Positions 31,176 to 40,875 of a stretch of DNA of 64,000 bases are shown piece after piece. The number at the start of each line of letters is the position of its first letter. Position 1 is the first letter of the stretch. This DNA comes from Methanobacteriota archaeon (GTDB lineage Archaea; Halobacteriota; Bog-38; Methanoflorentales; Methanoflorentaceae): the NCBI GenBank assembly GCA_963720465.1, contig OY970393.1, positions 352,001-416,000 of the forward strand. Reading direction: 5' to 3'. The notes below the pieces were generated by a model that was not told the DNA's origin, did no database searches, and saw only the letters and a list, made by a program, of their open reading frames with translations. The translations under genes and the position numbers were made by a program.

Positions 31176-32999
31176 TTGGTGCCCACGATGGCAAAGAAAA
31201 AGCAGACTAACGTCCTTCTTGTTGAAGATAATCCGTCCGACGCTCGGCTTGTTCAAGACCTGTTGCGCGATGCCCAGCACGAACGCTTTACCGTTATCAT
31301 TGCTCCCACACTATCCAAAGGCCTTGACCAGGTCTCACGAGATGCCTTCGATGTCATCCTCTTAGACCTCGGCTTGCCCGACAGTCAGGGGCTTGACACA
31401 TTCCATGCCGTCCACGAGCACGCACTACAGCTGCCTATTGTCGTGTTGACGGTCTCGGACGACGAGGAACTTGGGCGGAAGGCGGTGCAGGAAGGAGCAC
31501 AGGGGTTCCTCCTGAAGGACGTAGTATTAGTCAGCGAGTCGTATGCCGGGATATCCACTCGCATGATACGGCACGCCATTGAACAGAAGCGGGCAGAAGC
31601 AGCGTTCAATGCAAGCGAGGAGCAATTTAGAACCCTCTTCAACGACTCACCTGTTGCACAGGTGCGCTACGATGCCGATGGGCGTCCCGTTGAGGCAAAT
31701 AAGGCAGCTTATACCTTCCTCGGCATTAGTAGCATAGCCGACATCCAGGACTGGACGATTTTCACCAGTCCGCGCGTCTCAGACCTTGGCAAAGCACAAT
31801 TGCGAGGAGGACGTTCCATAAGATACGAACTGTGTTACGACTTTGCCGTTCTCCGAGAGAGCAACTATTTCCCCACAAGCCACTCAAGTGTGCGATACGC
31901 CGATATCCATACGGCCCCTCTCTTCAATGCGGAAGGTAGCGTCGCAGGATACCTCGCGCAGATTATTGACATCACCGACAGTAAGAACGCAGCGGAAGAG
32001 CGCGATAGCATTGCTCGATTCCCTGAGGAAAATCCCGATCCCGTGCTTCGCATCGGCTCTGCCGGGCAAATCCTCTATGCAAACGCGGCAGCCGAAGCCC
32101 TATTGCAGGCGTTGGATCACCGTAAGGATGATGCCATTCCCACAGAGTGGATGACATCGGTGGACGAAACATACAGGCGCAGGAAGCTGCTCACCGAAGA
32201 CATCATGGCAGCATCGCGCGTGTTCCAGATGCGCTTCGTACCGGTGCCCGACGAAAGCTATGTGAACGTTTACGGCATGAATATTACCGCGCTAAAACAG
32301 GCAGAAAAAGCACTTGAAGACGCGCAACATCTCGCAGGTGTCGGCGAAACGGCAGCGATGATCGGGCACGATCTCCGCAACCCTCTGCAGGTACTCCAGT
32401 ACATCGTCGATCTCCAGAAGCTGCGCGTCGAACGCCTCTCTCCTGATCAGCGTAATTCTGACGAATGGAAGAAACAAGCCCAGCTCTTTGACAAGATAAG
32501 CGAACAGGTTTTTTACATGGATAAGATCGTCGGCGACCTGCAGGACTATGCCCGTCCGATTACGCCAGAGTACGAAGCGCTCTCGGTTGGTAAGCTCATC
32601 AACGATGTGCTTGAATCGACCCCCCATGCCGAAAGCGTGCGCATCGCCACAGACATCCCTGATCTACAGATGATGGCTGATCCGCATCTCATGCACCGTG
32701 TGTTCGCCAACCTCATCCTAAACGCGCTTCAGGCGATGCCCGAGGGAGGGACGCTCACTATCATTGTCTCTGCCTTCGATCACGCGGTTGTTATAAACGT
32801 CCACGACACTGGTGTCGGCATTCTAGAGGAGATGAAAGACAAGCTCTTCTCACCGCTGATCACCGGCAAAGCAAAGGGCACTGGGTTGGGGTTAGCAGTC
32901 GTGAAACGGATAGTCGACGCTCATGGCGGAACGATTGCCTTCGAGAGTGAAGCGGGTAAGGGCACGACGTTCACAGTACGATTGCCATTGAGCTCTTGA
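31176..32999 (+). CDS. Hybrid sensor histidine kinase (REC-PAS-PAS-HisKA-HATPase)
   Basis: VLLVEDN, LLDLGLPD, PAS motifs, GHDLRNPL, NLILNALQA, DTGVG, GTGLGL. Confidence 0.93.
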   Translation: MVPTMAKKKQTNVLLVEDNPSDARLVQDLLRDAQHERFTVIIAPTLSKGLDQVSRDAFDVILLDLGLPDSQGLDTFHAVHEHALQLPIVVLTVSDDEELGRKAVQEGAQGFLLKDVVLVSESYAGISTRMIRHAIEQKRAEAAFNASEEQFRTLFNDSPVAQVRYDADGRPVEANKAAYTFLGISSIADIQDWTIFTSPRVSDLGKAQLRGGRSIRYELCYDFAVLRESNYFPTSHSSVRYADIHTAPLFNAEGSVAGYLAQIIDITDSKNAAEERDSIARFPEENPDPVLRIGSAGQILYANAAAEALLQALDHRKDDAIPTEWMTSVDETYRRRKLLTEDIMAASRVFQMRFVPVPDESYVNVYGMNITALKQAEKALEDAQHLAGVGETAAMIGHDLRNPLQVLQYIVDLQKLRVERLSPDQRNSDEWKKQAQLFDKISEQVFYMDKIVGDLQDYARPITPEYEALSVGKLINDVLESTPHAESVRIATDIPDLQMMADPHLMHRVFANLILNALQAMPEGGTLTIIVSAFDHAVVINVHDTGVGILEEMKDKLFSPLITGKAKGTGLGLAVVKRIVDAHGGTIAFESEAGKGTTFTVRLPLSS

Positions 33000-33016
33000 C
33001 TGCAGAGTCGAAAGAA

Positions 33017-33130
33017 TTATGCCGTCCTGAATTCGATCTGGCCCCAATATCTCATATAGATGTCATAGACAGGCTCCGGCAACGGATGTTTGCAGTGCTT
33101 GCTTTCAATTCTGCGGACTCAGTGCGTCAT
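33017..33130 (-). repeat. Integrase 3'-tail copy T11
   Basis: Translates MTH*VRRIESKHCKHPLPEPVYDIYMRYWGQIEFRTA*. Confidence 0.85.
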
Positions 33131-33243
33131 AGCTATTCTCGACTAAAGCAGAACTAGAAAAAAATTAGCGACCAAACAAAAGTTCATTTCGTCTGGCCGC
33201 AGAGTTGCGGTCCGAAATTACCGCTTCGTTTCTTCCATTGCTT

Positions 33244-33266
33244 CTGCTCAGGCAGCGGGGCTTGAA
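33244..33266 (-). repeat. Possible minimal integrase-tail core T12
   Basis: CTGCTCAGGCAGCGG matches the PLPEQ core of T1; very short. Confidence 0.4.
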
Positions 33267-33346
33267 GTCATGAAAAGAGCTTGCAGCCCAGTAAAAAAGC
33301 GGTAGCTTCTGCTAAGGTGTAGGTTGCTTAATTTATAATCGAAGAG

Positions 33347-34144
33347 TTAAGGAGAGGCTCCGTTTCTGCATACCCCTTTTTTCGCCCTTAAATAACTCTT
33401 TTGAATCACGCTTGTATTGCCTCTTAACAACACGGGGTAAAGGCTGAAGTGCTTCGCACATCTGTCAACGTTTGCGTCAAAGTCTGACTCATAGGAAAGA
33501 CCGGTATCCACTTTGGCGATCTTCTTAAATCGCGCATGCTTCATTAACGTGAAGTCCTCGCTTAGATCTTGCCACTGAGCAGCAACCATGGGCGTCAAAA
33601 ACAGCATGATGTTGTTGTTGGTGAGCATGTTCGCATATGCCTGATTCCCACCAAGCGCAAGGGCGATGCAGTCATCAACCGTTGCCCCGTCGTCGTCGGC
33701 GAGGAAGAAAAGTTGACATGTACTGCCGTTGAAATCGTGCTCGAGAGTCCTAAGGGCATCACAAATCCCATAGAGCACAAAGATCCCGTCTGAAAAGTTT
33801 GACATGCGCTCGATCTGGTGGTATACCTCTTGCTTAAGGAGCTTGCTATCGACGTGAAGCCTCAACGGAAAAACGTGGACAACGACAGCAAGATCGTCTC
33901 CGCTTCGACGGCGAAGCAGCTGCTGAAGAACGCCACGTCTTTTTGTCAAATGTCCGCTAGAATGCGCCCCTTGTCTATGCTTCTTAACGAGATTAAAGGC
34001 CCCTTCAAAATCCTTAATAAGAAATGGGCGGTTCTGTGATCGTAACTTTCGTGCTAGCTCTTGCTGTTCTGTGCTGTCAACGATAACAAGCTGCTTGATG
34101 TCGTCGTCATCGGCAAGAACAGAGGTGAGCTCATCTTCGAGCAT
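33347..34144 (-). CDS. DUF1638-like protein
   Basis: '(IISCR)MLEDEL', 'LRLHVD', 'LYGIC', 'VDDCIALALGG', 'KVDTGL'; true start probably slightly upstream. Confidence 0.75.
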   Translation of the reverse strand: MLEDELTSVLADDDDIKQLVIVDSTEQQELARKLRSQNRPFLIKDFEGAFNLVKKHRQGAHSSGHLTKRRGVLQQLLRRRSGDDLAVVVHVFPLRLHVDSKLLKQEVYHQIERMSNFSDGIFVLYGICDALRTLEHDFNGSTCQLFFLADDDGATVDDCIALALGGNQAYANMLTNNNIMLFLTPMVAAQWQDLSEDFTLMKHARFKKIAKVDTGLSYESDFDANVDRCAKHFSLYPVLLRGNTSVIQKSYLRAKKGVCRNGASP

Positions 34145-34180
34145 TCTGCATGAAATGATACTTAAGATGGGAATGTGGGG

Positions 34181-35174
34181 TCACCTTGTGAACACTACTT
34201 TTTTCCAATACTAGATATAAACATTATAAACCTGCTCAGACAGCGGATGCCGGTAATTGCTCCACTCGATCCACACGCCATGCGTAAGAATTTAGGCGCG
34301 ATAAGATTCATTCCACCGCACTATGTCGCCGTGCTGCTCAGCGAACTTTCGTAGATCTGACGTGACAAAGTGGCTATTGCATCGTGCTAAGGGAATCCGC
34401 CGCTTCTGCAGCCACTTGCGGAAGCTTTCCAAGATAAACATCGATTCGGCGCCTTCTCTGCCATCGGACAGACCCTCCATTACATCCGCAGCTTGCGGGT
34501 GTACAGGCGCATAATGTTCCATCTTGATTTTGTCTTGTGCGGGTTCGACGTGGACAACCGGTTTCTCAAGCTCCAGCTTCCCTAAACTGTTCAACCCTCA
34601 ACTGTTTTATCGCACTGTAAGGGCGTTGACTCGTAAAAGCCCCGTACAACACAACCCCTGCAAACTGCCGAGCATCTTCTTCGTCGATCGAACCGTGTAA
34701 CATCTGCTGCTTGATAACAGCCAGCGTGTGCTCAATACCGTCTTTTGTGATCACTTGCGCCGTCATTTTCTTCTTTATCTTACGCACCCTTGGTTTCTCA
34801 AGAAACATGTCGAAAGCTAGGTAGCGAGGATCGAGTGTCAGCTTCGCCTGATACTTCAAGAAGCCCTTAGTAAAATTCAGCACCTTGTTTTGAGCGTAGA
34901 AGTCATCGTACTTCTTGAACAGAACCGTACGAAGCTGTTTCAAGCTACCTTTGCTGATCGAACCCTTGGTATGTGACCAGAACACCTCTGCAGCTTTCTT
35001 GATTCAGGCGCTGGACTTGTGCGTTAATCCAGCCGTTCGCCGCGTGGGATAGCTATCAAGCTCCTTCTTCGTATACTTGAACTTCAAGGTCGCCAGCGTT
35101 TCACTCTTTGGAGGCTTTAATTCTGCAAGATGAATATTAGTTTCTTGAGCTTCAAACAGTAAACGAGCTTCCAT
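34181..35174 (-). pseudogene. Tyrosine recombinase/integrase copy 3, several stops and frameshifts
   Basis: MEARLLF…RRTAGLTHKSSA*IKKAAEVFW, GAFTSQRP, DKIK, DLRKFAEQHGD, degenerate YRHPL…YWKK tail. Confidence 0.85.
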
Positions 35175-35177
35175 AAG

Positions 35178-35220
35178 CTGTCGAGGCTCCGACTCGGGTT
35201 CAAATCCCGACTCGGGCGCT
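35178..35220 (+). mobile_element. 3' half of tRNA-Asp(GTC), att-site remnant
   Basis: CTGTCGA-GGCTC-CGAC-TCGGG-TTCAAAT-CCCGA-CTCGGGC-G: anticodon loop, T-arm, acceptor 3' strand; 3 bp from the integrase ATG. Confidence 0.82.
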
Positions 35221-35372
35221 CCTTTTTTGCTTTTGCGGAGCGTCTAATTGAGAAAACAATATGACTTCAAAGCACCGAACTACGCGCATTAACGCGAGAC
35301 ACTGCGTGTTTGATCGCCGCTTTTTCTAGGCCAACCTATATCTATTATTTGGCTCACATGCGTTTTTGATAA

Positions 35373-36209
35373 TTGATGACCAGTGACGACGAGTTTACCA
35401 GCCGTTTGATTGGTTTTGGTCTCAGTGAAAAGGAGGCACAGCTGTATTTGCACTTGCTCAAGTACGGCCCAAAGTCTCCGTCCCCCATCGCCAAATCGCT
35501 GAAGACGTATCGGGAGGACGTGCATCGTACACTCACCAGTCTTATCGAGAAAGGCATGGTGCGCCCCTCGCTCGACGCGCCCACCATCTACGCTGCGGTT
35601 GATCTTGATGCAGCGCTCGAAGCCGCGCTGAAAAAGCACGAGAGCGAACTTCGCGAGATGGAGGCACGAAAGCGGGAGCTGCAGCAGCTCTCGCAACAAC
35701 AACAATTCAGGCCCTCCGATGAAGTCGCCACGTTCAAGATCCTCAAGACTATGAAAGAACTCCTCGCTGTCAGCGCGCCAGTAATTGACGAGATGCAAAA
35801 GGAATGGCTGATGGTGACTCCTGCTTATTTGAGTGTCATAGCCTCCCGCTTTGGAGTCAACGACGCTGCGTCTGCGTTTATCAAGCGCGGCGGAACGGTG
35901 CGAGTCATCATCGACATTTCGCATCAATATATTGAACCGGTGCGAGAGATGATAGCCATCGGTGAAGAAGTGCGCCACGTAGATCAACATGGGATCACGT
36001 TCACCGTATACGATAGAAGAATCTCTATATCCACGATCAACAGAGAAGTCGAGAGCTTCTCTCTCGAAGCGCCCATCTGTGCACTCTGGACCGACGACCC
36101 CGCCTACGCTGCGTACCTCGCCTCCACATTTGAGATGCTATGGGCACAGGCAGTTCCGGCAGAAGAGCGAATACGCGAGCTTTTGGAACAGGCGCCCCCG
36201 CAGGCATAA
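35373..36209 (+). CDS. TrmB family transcriptional regulator
   Basis: Close paralog of 17739-18614. Confidence 0.87.
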   Translation: MMTSDDEFTSRLIGFGLSEKEAQLYLHLLKYGPKSPSPIAKSLKTYREDVHRTLTSLIEKGMVRPSLDAPTIYAAVDLDAALEAALKKHESELREMEARKRELQQLSQQQQFRPSDEVATFKILKTMKELLAVSAPVIDEMQKEWLMVTPAYLSVIASRFGVNDAASAFIKRGGTVRVIIDISHQYIEPVREMIAIGEEVRHVDQHGITFTVYDRRISISTINREVESFSLEAPICALWTDDPAYAAYLASTFEMLWAQAVPAEERIRELLEQAPPQA

Positions 36210-36329
36210 ACCAAGCTTCACTTCGGAAATGCCCATCTTGCTTAATTCTGGGAGACTTTTTTAGCTGATCTGAAGTTACGTAGATGGTGTCACGTACCTT
36301 TATAAACTTAGAGCTCCTGCAGCTTTTTA

Positions 36330-36794
36330 ATGGCACGCGAGATAACCATTAAAAACGTCAAGGATGCCTTAGCCGCAGGTTCAAATATTATAGAATCTGC
36401 GCAGAACGAAGTGGTGTGGATTCTCCCACCTAACTACTTGGCTTACTCGTTTCAATTCAGCATACCTGAGAAGTCCAAAATGCTGATTGAAAAAGGTGGA
36501 CGCGTACGAGGGATCACCAAGATTTCAGGAGCCTATCTTGATCCTGTGCGCAAACTCTTGGACAGCGGCGAAGAATTACGCCACATCGATCAGTTTCCGG
36601 GAGCGTTTATGCTCGTCGGAGATAACAAAGAAAGCATCAGTTCGATGAACATAAATGCCGAGAATCTTACGCTTGACGATCCGACAGTGGCCCTCTGGAC
36701 CGATAATAAAGCCCAAGCCGAGTTCCTCACGACCACTTTCGAGACTGCGTGGAACGAAGCAGTGGATGCAAAAAAGCGGCTGAGAGAACTGTAA
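36330..36794 (+). CDS. Stand-alone TrmB-type C-terminal effector domain protein
   Basis: Aligns with the C-terminal half of neighbouring TrmB (GGRVRGI, GEELRHID, ALWTD, TFE..W) but has no HTH. Confidence 0.75.
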   Translation: MAREITIKNVKDALAAGSNIIESAQNEVVWILPPNYLAYSFQFSIPEKSKMLIEKGGRVRGITKISGAYLDPVRKLLDSGEELRHIDQFPGAFMLVGDNKESISSMNINAENLTLDDPTVALWTDNKAQAEFLTTTFETAWNEAVDAKKRLREL

Positions 36795-36929
36795 AGCGCA
36801 GCACAGCAATCATTGCATCGATCAACGCGTCCATTCCACCAAGAACGCATGGATTATGGGTCTTGCAGTCAGGGGCAAAGAAACGAGTGCCTCGTTTAGT
36901 CTTCCTAAACCAATTAAATAGAGGAATTG

Positions 36930-37644
36930 TACTGCAGCGTCCTTGCGGAGCTTGTTCACATCTAGCAGCAACCAAGCGGCAGGCAACCACATCACAAACG
37001 ACCAACGACAGCAAATATTACGGCTTCTGCTTCAGCATCTGCTTCGGTAACGCCATCAGTAACGCCATCCGCTACACCATCCGCAACGCCGAATGCAACT
37101 CCAACGCCGACCTCCTCGCAGATAGCTATCTGAAAGTCTGATAATCATTTTCCAGCAGCCGCACCTACGGCGCGATTCTGAACACTCAAGATATAAGGTC
37201 ATGAGCAAACAAACCAAGAAGCACGGTTAAAACGTGAGCCGATAACGAACGCAGCGAACGCAGTGGTTCTCCTTCTCATTCTGCTTGTGGCCTTCAGCGC
37301 CGCGCGCCTGGTATTATGGGCGTGGTGGACTCGCATCCGCAGGGCGAGGATGAATAGATACGACGAACGGTGGTTAAAAAGATGACCTTTAATGTTCAGC
37401 GTGTTGTAGGGCACCCTTAGAACCGTAATCACGGGTAGTGTGTGCAGTCACGTCAACGGGTGGCTACGGGGGTTATAGCTTCCTTGAGAACGTAGCCCTC
37501 GGCCAGCATGAGGTTGCCGTAAGCTTTCTAGGAAACGCGCAATACGGGCCTTTGACGTTTACCGGATATTTTAGCGTCGTAACGTACCTGACGTCGCGAC
37601 GCCTACCAACACCAACCAGCTACATCACAGATAGCAATTCTTAA
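36930..37644 (+). pseudogene. Degraded secreted/lipoprotein-like gene fragments
   Basis: SASASASVTPSVTPSATPSATPNATPTP linker at ~37020-37110 and a beta-rich fragment (…VAVSFLGNAQYGP…) at 37438-37644. Confidence 0.35.
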
Positions 37645-38417
37645 GCTTCATTGACCCCTTCCTACGTATTTGTTTTTACTTATAAGGGGATGAAGTATAA
37701 TGACAAAGGAGTGCATGACGTGTGCGCACTTCAAGCCCGGCGATGACGGCTTCAGGTGCGAGCTTGAGCTTCAAATGCCAACGGAGTCCAGCAAGACGTG
37801 CTCGGCTTGGGAAATCTGGCATGGTGAATAACTTTTGATTTATGGATTAGCTCCCGCGGTGACGTTTTGACGCGATTTATACATGGCGCGAGTGCGAAGC
37901 GCTGCAGCGCCTGCACCTCCTCCTTAAATACGTTCGGCACGATAATGCATCACTCTTTCTTGGGGCTTTACACCGAGCGATGCCGGGGTGTCCGGCCCTT
38001 CTATCTTGCGGAGTCGGAGCCTGTATAAGGCCTCTCTGACATGCTTTTGTCCAATCTGTCCTGCGAGGCCTTCTAAGTGCTAAATATCAAGTATCTTTGG
38101 GGCAAACTCTGCTAAGTGGTGAGATCAGGCATTTTTAGCCGAAAATAACAAAGATGATCGCCGCTCCAGAGCTGCGGATCTCACATCATCCATCTTGCTT
38201 TACGCGGGCAATCGCTTATTCGAATGCCGCCCTGTCAGAGCCTCTATAGGGCTCCCACTCTTCAAGACGATGTTCACATTATAGAAGAAGGGAAGGGAGC
38301 GCGCATAGGCAGGTGAGCACACTTATGTACGCGTGGATGTACGCGCACATCATCATGCAATAATCACTTCTTTCCTGGTACTGGACATACCAGCACTACT
38401 ATACAACGGGGTGAAAA

Positions 38418-38640
38418 ATGAAAGTAGTATTCGGTGATGAAGAATTTTCGTATCAGCTTGTCAGAGCGCTTGAGTGCGCGCCATACAAAGGGGCAGATAT
38501 AAGGGAGTGCTTACAAACAGCGTATGGCATAATTGAAGGAGATTTTGAGAGTTGGCATCGCGAATGGCTCAAGACGGCAGAACGCATCTACGCAACAGCA
38601 GAAACAAGCTTGAAAACCGGCAACAACAAGAGTGCGAAAG
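38418..38640 (+). pseudogene. Truncated N-terminus of an alpha/beta hydrolase
   Basis: 'F.DEEFSYQLVRAL…YKGADIRECL…GDFESWHREW…AER' then loss of similarity. Confidence 0.55.
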
Positions 38641-39033
38641 AGAGGCGACTCCTTGCTATCCTCTGTTTTTCATTTTTTGCCTCTGCCTCTCGCATCATGA
38701 TTCACTCCTTTTGTTTAACACAGAGGGCTTGGGCCCATTCAGATGCTTACAGCAGAGCCAAAGCAAAAAAAAAAGAAGCCAGGTCATCCCTGGCTTAAAT
38801 CGAATTCGATTTTAACTTTTGCGGTTGCCCTGATTAATGACTGATCCTATCAGGTCGCTCGTAAGCGATGATCGTTTGCGAATCACTGATATCAGGGCAC
38901 TCGCTTTTTTTTCTTTTCTCCAATGCTCCCAGTTTTTGTAGCAGCGCCTACAGCTGAGATCAACTGTAGGCACTCGCCGTCGCTTTTACAGCAGGGCTGT
39001 ATCACGACCTGCTGTCATCGCTCGTAGACTTGC

Positions 39034-39597
39034 TTAGCTCTTCGCGATTGCTGTTGCGTTGCCCCAGGCCACGGCAGGGCTAGTGTTGATGTCTTTGATG
39101 ACGATGTTGCTGTTGACAGCAGTGTTGCTCTGGCCGGTTTGGATCGGGGCGCCTACCGTACCGTCATCGACTGGCAGCCGACGGACGGTGTTGTTGTCGC
39201 CAGTAACTGATTGGGTGTTTGTCTGGATGATTGTCTGCGTGGATGCAGCTGCTTGGCTGTTTCCACTCGCGCTCGCGGCCGCGCCACCCTTGGCAGCGAC
39301 TGCGGCTGCAGGCGTAACGACTGTCTTAACGGGCATTGGCTTCCAGATGGGCATCGCCCAGACTGCTTTGACCGCACAGCACTGAGTGACGACGCAGCAC
39401 GCGACTGTTGGACAGCAGCACGTCGTGGGGCAGCAGCTGCTGCAGCACGTTGAGGTCACGCAGCTCGTGCACTGAGCGCAGGTCGTGGCAGCGCAGGTGC
39501 TTGTCGTGGCCTTGGCGGCGCACTGGGCTGAAACTGTGCCCGTCGCTGCAAGTGCCACAAAAGCGAGCACTAATAGAGAAACGATAACTTTCTTCAT
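39034..39597 (-). CDS. Secreted Cys-rich / Gln-Asn-Thr-rich protein, copy A
   Basis: Signal peptide, CC/CCC cluster, RBS GAGGAG; paralog at 43651. Confidence 0.85.
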   Translation of the reverse strand: MKKVIVSLLVLAFVALAATGTVSAQCAAKATTSTCAATTCAQCTSCVTSTCCSSCCPTTCCCPTVACCVVTQCCAVKAVWAMPIWKPMPVKTVVTPAAAVAAKGGAAASASGNSQAAASTQTIIQTNTQSVTGDNNTVRRLPVDDGTVGAPIQTGQSNTAVNSNIVIKDINTSPAVAWGNATAIAKS

Positions 39598-39930
39598 GAT
39601 TCATCTCCTCTTAGGCTAACCGAGTTTCGGCTAACGTTTTTTCATTAAAGCAAATTATTATAAGGCTTTTTCGATTCTCACGTCATTTACTCGGTCTTGC
39701 GGGCGTAGCGGTGCTGAGTGAGGACTAAAAACACCGATCAACTCGGTTAGCCTCGCGTTTTGATGCTGCTTACGCGACTACTCACAAGATGCCGGGGTCC
39801 GGCTGACTTGCCTGTGAGAAAATCACTTCAATCATCTAATCAGGACTACAGCGTACGGTTTAAAACAATGACGACACATTGCCACAATGTGAGACAACAT
39901 GTCAATGGAGAATATTCTTATGGCTGAGAC

Positions 39931-40610
39931 GTGACATTTTGTGCGGCCTGTGGTCGCAAAGTCGCTTTAGACCCGCGCTTCCGTGCTTGGTGCGGCGCTG
40001 ATCTAGGCGCTCCTGAAAAACAGAATGTCCAACGAGACGCGGTCACGGGAGAGGCCGCAGTCGGTTGGGCGTCCGGCGTGGTTATCAGCAATAAGTGGGG
40101 CATTGGTAATCGAATGCTGCTATTCACAACAGCCGGACGGTGGTGGCGTACTCCAGCGAACGGGCGAACGCAGTAGTGCGATATAAAGACGAGCTCCACC
40201 GGAACGAATGGCAAGCAGAGCGAATGGCTTTTGACGCAGAGGCAATCAAAATGCTCTCTGAATACGCTCCGGCACAAGAACTGCATGATGATCGACCTGT
40301 ATTTGGAAACACACGAATAATTGATGAACTCCTCTCCGAGAATAAGACAAACGCCATTCTTCATTCAGAGATTGCACAACTTCGCGTCAAACTGCCCAGT
40401 GTGTTACATAGGGGAATAGTGACTCTCACAACGGCACAAGGAGAGAACGTTTTCAGGATTCTACAAAAGGCCACCCCAATAAAAGCACTATCTTCTTCGA
40501 AGCAGGGCATTCCACGCTTAAATCCGTACCCAGCTGATTGGGAATTCCTGAAGTCTCCGCCTCCTAAATTAGCTGGGAAACTGTGGTTGAAGGCCCGCTG
40601 CGTTACGTAA
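39931..40610 (+). pseudogene. Zinc-ribbon domain protein, probably frameshifted
   Basis: FCAACG…WCGADL N-terminus and overlapping ORF 40140-40610. Confidence 0.4.
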
Positions 40611-40875
40611 GGGGACAAAGGCCAGTGGCACATAGCGGAATCAAAACGCTAGGCTTAAAACTGAGCTGAGTGGGGTATTTCTCACTTATGAATAGGCTGC
40701 GATCGCTCCCTGAACACCTTGTACCTTCTCCTTCAACACGTGAACACGACGAGGCATCAATCTTTCTTGGGGCTATACGCTGAGCGACGATTCAGCGGGT
40801 AAACTTCATTAAACGAACAACGCATACCAAAGCAGTCTAAAGCGGTACGCAGACTGTCTGTGGGAGAAAGAGAAC

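Noticed and set aside
35178-35220. Functional tRNA-Asp gene or split-tRNA half
   Set aside because: Only the 3' half is present, abutting an integrase start, with no complementary leader visible; att remnant is simpler.
38757-39033. SECIS-like element for the Cys-rich genes
   Set aside because: Neither Cys-rich ORF has an in-frame TGA and FdhA uses Cys, so there is no sign of Sec usage.
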